A DNA stretch of 64,000 nt, from contig JBITAJ010000027.1 of the NCBI GenBank assembly GCA_044440125.1, positions 1 through 64,000 of the forward strand, in the 5' to 3' direction. The translations under genes and the position numbers were made by a program. Within the stretch, counting starts at the first letter, position 1. Each line of letters opens with the position of its first letter. The notes under the pieces are model-generated. The model did no database searches, was not told where the DNA came from, and was given only the letters and a program-made list of their open reading frames with translations. This stretch comes from Sedimentisphaeraceae bacterium JB056 (lineage in GTDB: Bacteria; Planctomycetota; Phycisphaerae; Sedimentisphaerales; Sedimentisphaeraceae). Positions 59,102 to 64,000 of the stretch are shown one piece after another.

Positions 59102-60568
59102 ATGACTGATAATTATGAATATCTACAGGAGCTTCTTGTAAAAGAGGCTGAAGGATCACTCAAACCGGCAGACAGGATGAAAATCCCGTCGCAGGATATG
59201 CCCCAGCAGGACCCGGACGTAAGACGTGAGAATGTTGAAGAGGTTGCCACCGGATACACTGAAAACCAGGCTCGCATTGAGGCTATGCGTTGTCTTCGTT
59301 GTAAAAACCAGCCGTGCGTAAAGGGGTGTCCGGTTGGAATCGAAATCAGGGATTTTGTCAGCGAGATAGCTGCTGGTGAGTATGATAAGGCGCTTGATAT
59401 TATCAAGAAGAATTCACTGCTTCCGGCCGTTTGCGGCAGGGTTTGCCCGCAGGAGTCGCAGTGTCAGCTTTACTGCACTGTTGGAAAGGGCCTTAAGGAC
59501 CCGATGAAGTCGGTTGCTATCGGTCGTCTTGAGAGATTCGTAGCCGACAGGGCGTTAGGAAAGGGCCCTGCTCCTGAGGTTGCTCCTGAGACAGGTAAAA
59601 AGGTTGCGATAATCGGTTCAGGCCCCGGCGGTATCGTTGCGGCGGCTGATTGCCGAAGGGCCGGCCATCAGGTTACTATGTTTGAAGCTTTCCACAAGCC
59701 CGGCGGCGTGCTGATTTACGGCATACCCGAATTCCGCCTGCCTAAGAAGCTTGTGGCAGAAGAGATAAAGACGCTCAAAGATATGGGCGTGGAGATAATA
59801 TGCAATTTCGTAGTCGGCAAGACGCGTACCATTAAGGAGCTGATGGAAAAGGACGGCTTCGATGCTGTTTATATCGGCGTTGGTGCAGGATTGCCGAAAT
59901 TCATGCAGATAGATGGTGAGATGCTTATCGGCGTCTACAGTGCAAATGAGTATCTTACACGTGCCAACCTGATGAAGGCTTATGCTTTCGGCAAGGGGGC
60001 TGATACGCCTATCACTGTGGGCAAGAATGTTGCCGTCATTGGCGGCGGTAATGTGGCGATGGATGCCGCGCGTACGGCTCTGCGTCTTGGTGCTGAGAAT
60101 GTGTATCTGATCTATCGCCGAAGCGAGGCTGAGATGCCGGCAAGGCTTGAGGAAGTGCACCACGCCAAGGAAGAGGGCATAAAATTTATGACGTTGCACA
60201 ACCCTGTACGTTTCATTGGTAACGAGGTCGACAGACTCAAGCAGGTTGAGTGCTTGCAGTATGAGCTTGGCGAGCCGGACGATTCGGGACGCCGCAGGCC
60301 TGTGCCGATTGAAGGCTCGGAGATGATTCTTGATATCGATGTGGCTGTGGTTGCTATCGGCAACTCATCAAATCCGCTGCTGCGTGAGACTACACCTGGC
60401 CTCAATTTCAACAAGTGGGGCAATATCGAGGTTGATGATACTTGTGCTACATCACTGCCGGGCGTATTCGCCGGCGGTGATATCGTACTCGGTGCCGCGA
60501 CAGTTATCCTCGCGATGGGACAAGGCCGAATCGCAGCAAAAGCAATTGATGAATATCTGAAGCAGTAG
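59102..60568 (+). CDS. GltD-like NADPH-dependent Fe-S flavoprotein (NfnB/SudA type)
   Basis: RCLRCKNQPCVKGCPV, CGRVCPQESQC, YGIPEFRLPK, SANEYLTR, GGGNVAMD, GAATVILAMG. Confidence 0.9.
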   Translation: MTDNYEYLQELLVKEAEGSLKPADRMKIPSQDMPQQDPDVRRENVEEVATGYTENQARIEAMRCLRCKNQPCVKGCPVGIEIRDFVSEIAAGEYDKALDIIKKNSLLPAVCGRVCPQESQCQLYCTVGKGLKDPMKSVAIGRLERFVADRALGKGPAPEVAPETGKKVAIIGSGPGGIVAAADCRRAGHQVTMFEAFHKPGGVLIYGIPEFRLPKKLVAEEIKTLKDMGVEIICNFVVGKTRTIKELMEKDGFDAVYIGVGAGLPKFMQIDGEMLIGVYSANEYLTRANLMKAYAFGKGADTPITVGKNVAVIGGGNVAMDAARTALRLGAENVYLIYRRSEAEMPARLEEVHHAKEEGIKFMTLHNPVRFIGNEVDRLKQVECLQYELGEPDDSGRRRPVPIEGSEMILDIDVAVVAIGNSSNPLLRETTPGLNFNKWGNIEVDDTCATSLPGVFAGGDIVLGAATVILAMGQGRIAAKAIDEYLKQ

Positions 60569-60596
60569 TCAATTATCAATTGACAATTAAGAATCC

Positions 60597-60626
60597 AAGC
60601 CCGCAGACCTAATCCCCTGCGGGCTT
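60597..60626. terminator. Hairpin terminator between convergent genes
   Basis: aagcccgcag...ctgcgggctt. Confidence 0.7.
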
Positions 60627-60666
60627 ATTTGATTTTGTTTTTGTAAAAAACGAATCTATGAATCTG

Positions 60667-62193
60667 CTATTTAAGAGCATTATCTATTTGGATTAGTATA
60701 TTTTTAATTTCACTTGCAGATTCTTCGAAAAGTTTTTTGGCTTCAGTTGTATTATCTTGACTCCACTTTATGACTCTATCTAAAAGCTCTTTTTTAGCTT
60801 TTCGTTTTTCTTGTTGTCCATATGTCAAAATTTCTGATACCTCGTCAGCGAAATTTTCAGGGTAGTATTCTTCAAAATCATGTTTTTGAAATTGTATAAG
60901 ATTACTTGCTGGAATTGATCTGAAGGTATTTCCTATATCTTCAAGTTTCTTTTTCTCTTCTTCTCCTTCATCTATACATACCCATATTTTATCATTGTAG
61001 ATTGGCGTTAGATGTAGAAAGGTGAATAAATTTCTGAAGTCTTCTAATTTCGGTTTAATTTGACTTGAACACCGACAGGAAAAAGTTCGGAGTTTTCCTT
61101 GGAGGTTAGGAGTAAACCAAGGAATAAAGAAGTCTCTTATGAATCTTTCAGCGGAAGATTCTTCTAAAAATAGCCATCCTTTCCATAGTCCTAAATCACT
61201 AAAATCATAACCTAAATCTTCAAGTACCTCGTGCCTTTGTGATCGAGATTCAATTTCTATTACGTCTGAAGTAGGTAAGTAATATTCAGATTTTTGTTTT
61301 ATGTTAAAAATTTTTGTATCTCTTTCATCCTGATTGTTATGGACAGCTAATTCACGTAGCACTATATTAGAATGTGTGCTTATAATGAATTGGTTATCTG
61401 AAGATTTTTCTTTGATAAACCGTAAAAGATGTTTTAATGCCTGTGGGTGCAGGTCATTTTCGATTTCTTCAATTATGAAGACTTTATTAGATGATGTGGC
61501 TAATACTACAAGGAATCCTAAAATATTCAAAACCCCTTCACCCGAATCAACTATTGGTATTGCGGTATCATCATCTACATGCCATATTGCTTGTTTGCCA
61601 TCTCTAACCAAGTGTGTAGACAACGTTTTATTGTTAAGTGTTTCTTCAACAGCTTTTTTGAAGAATTTTGCGTCAGAATTTAATGAACTTACAAGGCTGT
61701 CGATTTGGGCATTTAAAAATTTGAAAGTTCCATTTGCTTGAAGTATTACTTCTGAACTAATTTGGTTTGTTATATTTTCTAATTTTCTTCGTGAAAGGAA
61801 AAGCTCTAAAACGTTTTCTGGACGCTTTAGATTAAAAAACTTCTCATCATAGCCTCTTCTCTGATTTTTGTTAATGTAGATCTCTTTACCGCTTTCTTGT
61901 CTTACTGCCGATATGTCTATAGTTTCTTTGCCGTGATTAATTCTTCTTCCTTTTAATTCACCATTTTGTATTTTTAGTGATATAAGAGACTTTAAATTTG
62001 CGGGTTGAGCTCTTTGTGTATAATTGTTGAAGGAAATAGAAGCGTTATGCTGTGAGAAAGCCAATATACTATTTAATATAGTACTCTTACCGCTTCCATT
62101 TTTGCCTATAAGGATATTAATACCTTTTGACAAATTTAATGAGGCTTCTTCAAAACAACGTACATTTTCTAATTTAATTTGAGATATCCACAT
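60667..62193 (-). CDS. OLD-like ABC ATPase with putative C-terminal TOPRIM domain
   Basis: GKNGSGKST, SGEG, IIEEIENDLHP, ISTHS; C-terminal FLEESSAE, IDEG, DFEEY; AT-rich. Confidence 0.75.
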   Translation of the reverse strand: MWISQIKLENVRCFEEASLNLSKGINILIGKNGSGKSTILNSILAFSQHNASISFNNYTQRAQPANLKSLISLKIQNGELKGRRINHGKETIDISAVRQESGKEIYINKNQRRGYDEKFFNLKRPENVLELFLSRRKLENITNQISSEVILQANGTFKFLNAQIDSLVSSLNSDAKFFKKAVEETLNNKTLSTHLVRDGKQAIWHVDDDTAIPIVDSGEGVLNILGFLVVLATSSNKVFIIEEIENDLHPQALKHLLRFIKEKSSDNQFIISTHSNIVLRELAVHNNQDERDTKIFNIKQKSEYYLPTSDVIEIESRSQRHEVLEDLGYDFSDLGLWKGWLFLEESSAERFIRDFFIPWFTPNLQGKLRTFSCRCSSQIKPKLEDFRNLFTFLHLTPIYNDKIWVCIDEGEEEKKKLEDIGNTFRSIPASNLIQFQKHDFEEYYPENFADEVSEILTYGQQEKRKAKKELLDRVIKWSQDNTTEAKKLFEESASEIKNILIQIDNALK

Positions 62194-62307
62194 AACAGAT
62201 CACCTAAAGTGCATATTATATTTGGGTTAAAGATTAATAGATTATAATATGCGGCATTGAAAGACAAGAAAAAGTTTGTTTTTTCGGAAATTCCGATGAT
62301 CTTTTAC

Positions 62308-62484
62308 GCCTCGAAAGAGGCAGAATAATATAGCCAGGGGCATTCGCCCCTGGAAGAAGACCAAAAAACTCCATCCCACACCCCATCTCCAGCCGGCGGC
62401 TGGAGATGGGGTGTGGTAAAAGATACGTACCGCCTATCCCCACGGCGTTGCCGTGGGCTATGTTTTTTAAGCGCCATTGGGGGC
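62308..62484. repeat. Multi-hairpin REP/REPIN-like element
   Basis: Hairpins at 62308..62321, 62334..62353, 62376..62416 (19-bp perfect arms) and 62439..62457; outer units are inverted relatives. Confidence 0.75.
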
Positions 62485-62738
62485 AATATATCAAGGTATA
62501 GGTGTGTTAGGCTCAGCAGACGCGGTAAACCGGCGTCTCTACAAGAAGTTTTCGACTGACACATGTGTTTGTCCGTGAATGTCTGTGAGAGTCTGTGCAT
62601 TCAACAATGTTAGCTATTGCTGTTAATTTCCCCGTAAATTTACGGGTTTCTTATTGCGCTTTACAAGATTATGCGTTTATGCTAAAATAGCCCCGATTTC
62701 CCCTTTAAAAAAATGTGATTAGACAGGTTTAAAGAGTA

Positions 62739-64000
62739 ATGGATAGAGTAAAGATATACGATACGACGCTTAGAGACGGTATGCAGGCAGAGGGCGTGAG
62801 CTTCTCACTTCAGGATAAAGTCCTTATTGCCAAACACTTAGATACTCTGGGTTTCGATTATATTGAGGGCGGTTATGCCGCCAGTAACCAGAAAGAGATG
62901 CAGTTTTTTCATGAGATGAACGCTGCGGGGCTGAAGAATTCGCGTATCGCGGCTTTCGGCAATACCCGCCGTGCGGATTGTCGTGTTGAGGATGATGCAT
63001 CGATTTGTGCTATTCTTGAATCGAAGGCTCAGGCGGCTACTATTGTCGGCAAGTGCTGGGACATGCACGTTACAGAGGTATTGCGATGTTCGCTTGAGGA
63101 CAACATCGCATTGTGTGCTGATTCGGTTGCTTATCTCAAGAGCAAGGGGCTCGAAGTTATCTTTGACGGTGAGCATTTCTTTGACGGCTACAAACGCAAT
63201 CCCGAATACGCCATAAAGGTGCTGCAGGCGGCGGCTCAGGCCGGAGCTGATGCACTGGTGCTTTGCGAGACCAACGGCGGATGTCTGCCGTATGAGGTTG
63301 AGGAGATTACGCGCGATGTGTGCAGGAATGTATCCGGTGCGGTAGTCGGTATCCATACTCATAACGATACAGATTGTGCGGTCGCAAATTCGCTTGCGGC
63401 TGTCAAGGCAGGGGCCCGCCACGTGCAGGGAACTATAAACGGCCTTGGTGAGAGAACCGGTAACGCCAATCTTTGCACTATAGTACCGAGTTTGAAATTC
63501 AAGATGGGCTTTGATGTGCTAAATGAGGGTTCGGTCAAGAAGCTTCAGCCGGCATCATTGTTTGTTTTCGAAATAGCAAACCTCACACCTGTGGCGAGTA
63601 TGCCGTATGTCGGTGAGAGTGCGTTTGCTCATAAGGCGGGGCTGCATGTCAATGCTCTTCGCAAGAACAAGCTTACTTACGAACATATCGATCCTGAGCT
63701 TGTTGGTAATGAGCGTAAATTCCTGATATCCGAGCTTTCAGGCATGTCGAATGTAATAGCCAAGCTTGAGAAGTACGGCATTGCTCAGGATAAGCAGATC
63801 GCACGCAAAATACTTGACACTGTTCAGGAAATGGAGAACGAAGGTTATCAATTCGAGGCTGCTGAGGGCAGTTTCGATCTGCTGGTGAAAAGAATCACCG
63901 GCACTTATAAACCCGCATTCGAACTTGAGCGTTTCCATGTTGATGTGGAGCATACAGGCGAGGGTGAGGAGATCACAGAGGCCACGATAAAATTGAGAGT
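62739..64000 (+). CDS. cimA: Citramalate synthase (runs off the window end)
   Basis: MDRVKIYDTTLRDGMQAEGVSFS, EHFFDGYK, HTHND, QGTINGLGERTGNANL, AFAHKAGLHV. Confidence 0.9.
   Translation, partial: MDRVKIYDTTLRDGMQAEGVSFSLQDKVLIAKHLDTLGFDYIEGGYAASNQKEMQFFHEMNAAGLKNSRIAAFGNTRRADCRVEDDASICAILESKAQAATIVGKCWDMHVTEVLRCSLEDNIALCADSVAYLKSKGLEVIFDGEHFFDGYKRNPEYAIKVLQAAAQAGADALVLCETNGGCLPYEVEEITRDVCRNVSGAVVGIHTHNDTDCAVANSLAAVKAGARHVQGTINGLGERTGNANLCTIVPSLKFKMGFDVLNEGSVKKLQPASLFVFEIANLTPVASMPYVGESAFAHKAGLHVNALRKNKLTYEHIDPELVGNERKFLISELSGMSNVIAKLEKYGIAQDKQIARKILDTVQEMENEGYQFEAAEGSFDLLVKRITGTYKPAFELERFHVDVEHTGEGEEITEATIKLR

Overview
A 64-kb bacterial chromosome segment. Gene content and protein style suggest an anaerobic planctomycete, possibly Phycisphaerae; this is inference only. 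The backbone is mostly housekeeping and metabolic genes: class II photolyase, thrC, rpsU (missed by the ORF track), gltBD, pgl, clpB, birA, oadGAB, a PpiC-type chaperone, topA, prfB, serA, murF, eda, yidC, recJ, tRNA-Ser(TGA), an NfnB/GltD-like reductase and cimA (runs off the end). Four small accessory inserts interrupt it. (1) A 1.94-kb orphan RHS toxin/immunity fragment plus an IS1182-type remnant lies between two exact 43-bp direct repeats. (2) An AT-rich three-gene Detocs-like anti-phage two-component system has a membrane-spanning tail as effector instead of the usual PNP, and is bordered by an IS3 remnant. (3) A two-gene nucleotidyltransferase/wHTH module resembles a toxin-antitoxin system but has reversed gene order, and a perfect 14-bp inverted-repeat operator covers an apparently leaderless promoter. 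(4) A lone AT-rich OLD-like ABC-ATPase/TOPRIM gene sits beside a multi-hairpin REP-like element. Other notable signals are a prfB +1 frameshift site with UAA instead of UGA, sigma54 promoters before gltB and clpB, a perfect FNR/HcpR-type box, heptamer repeats after stop codons, and a G/T-to-C/A composition flip along several genes. All calls come from reading motifs by eye; no database searches were run.
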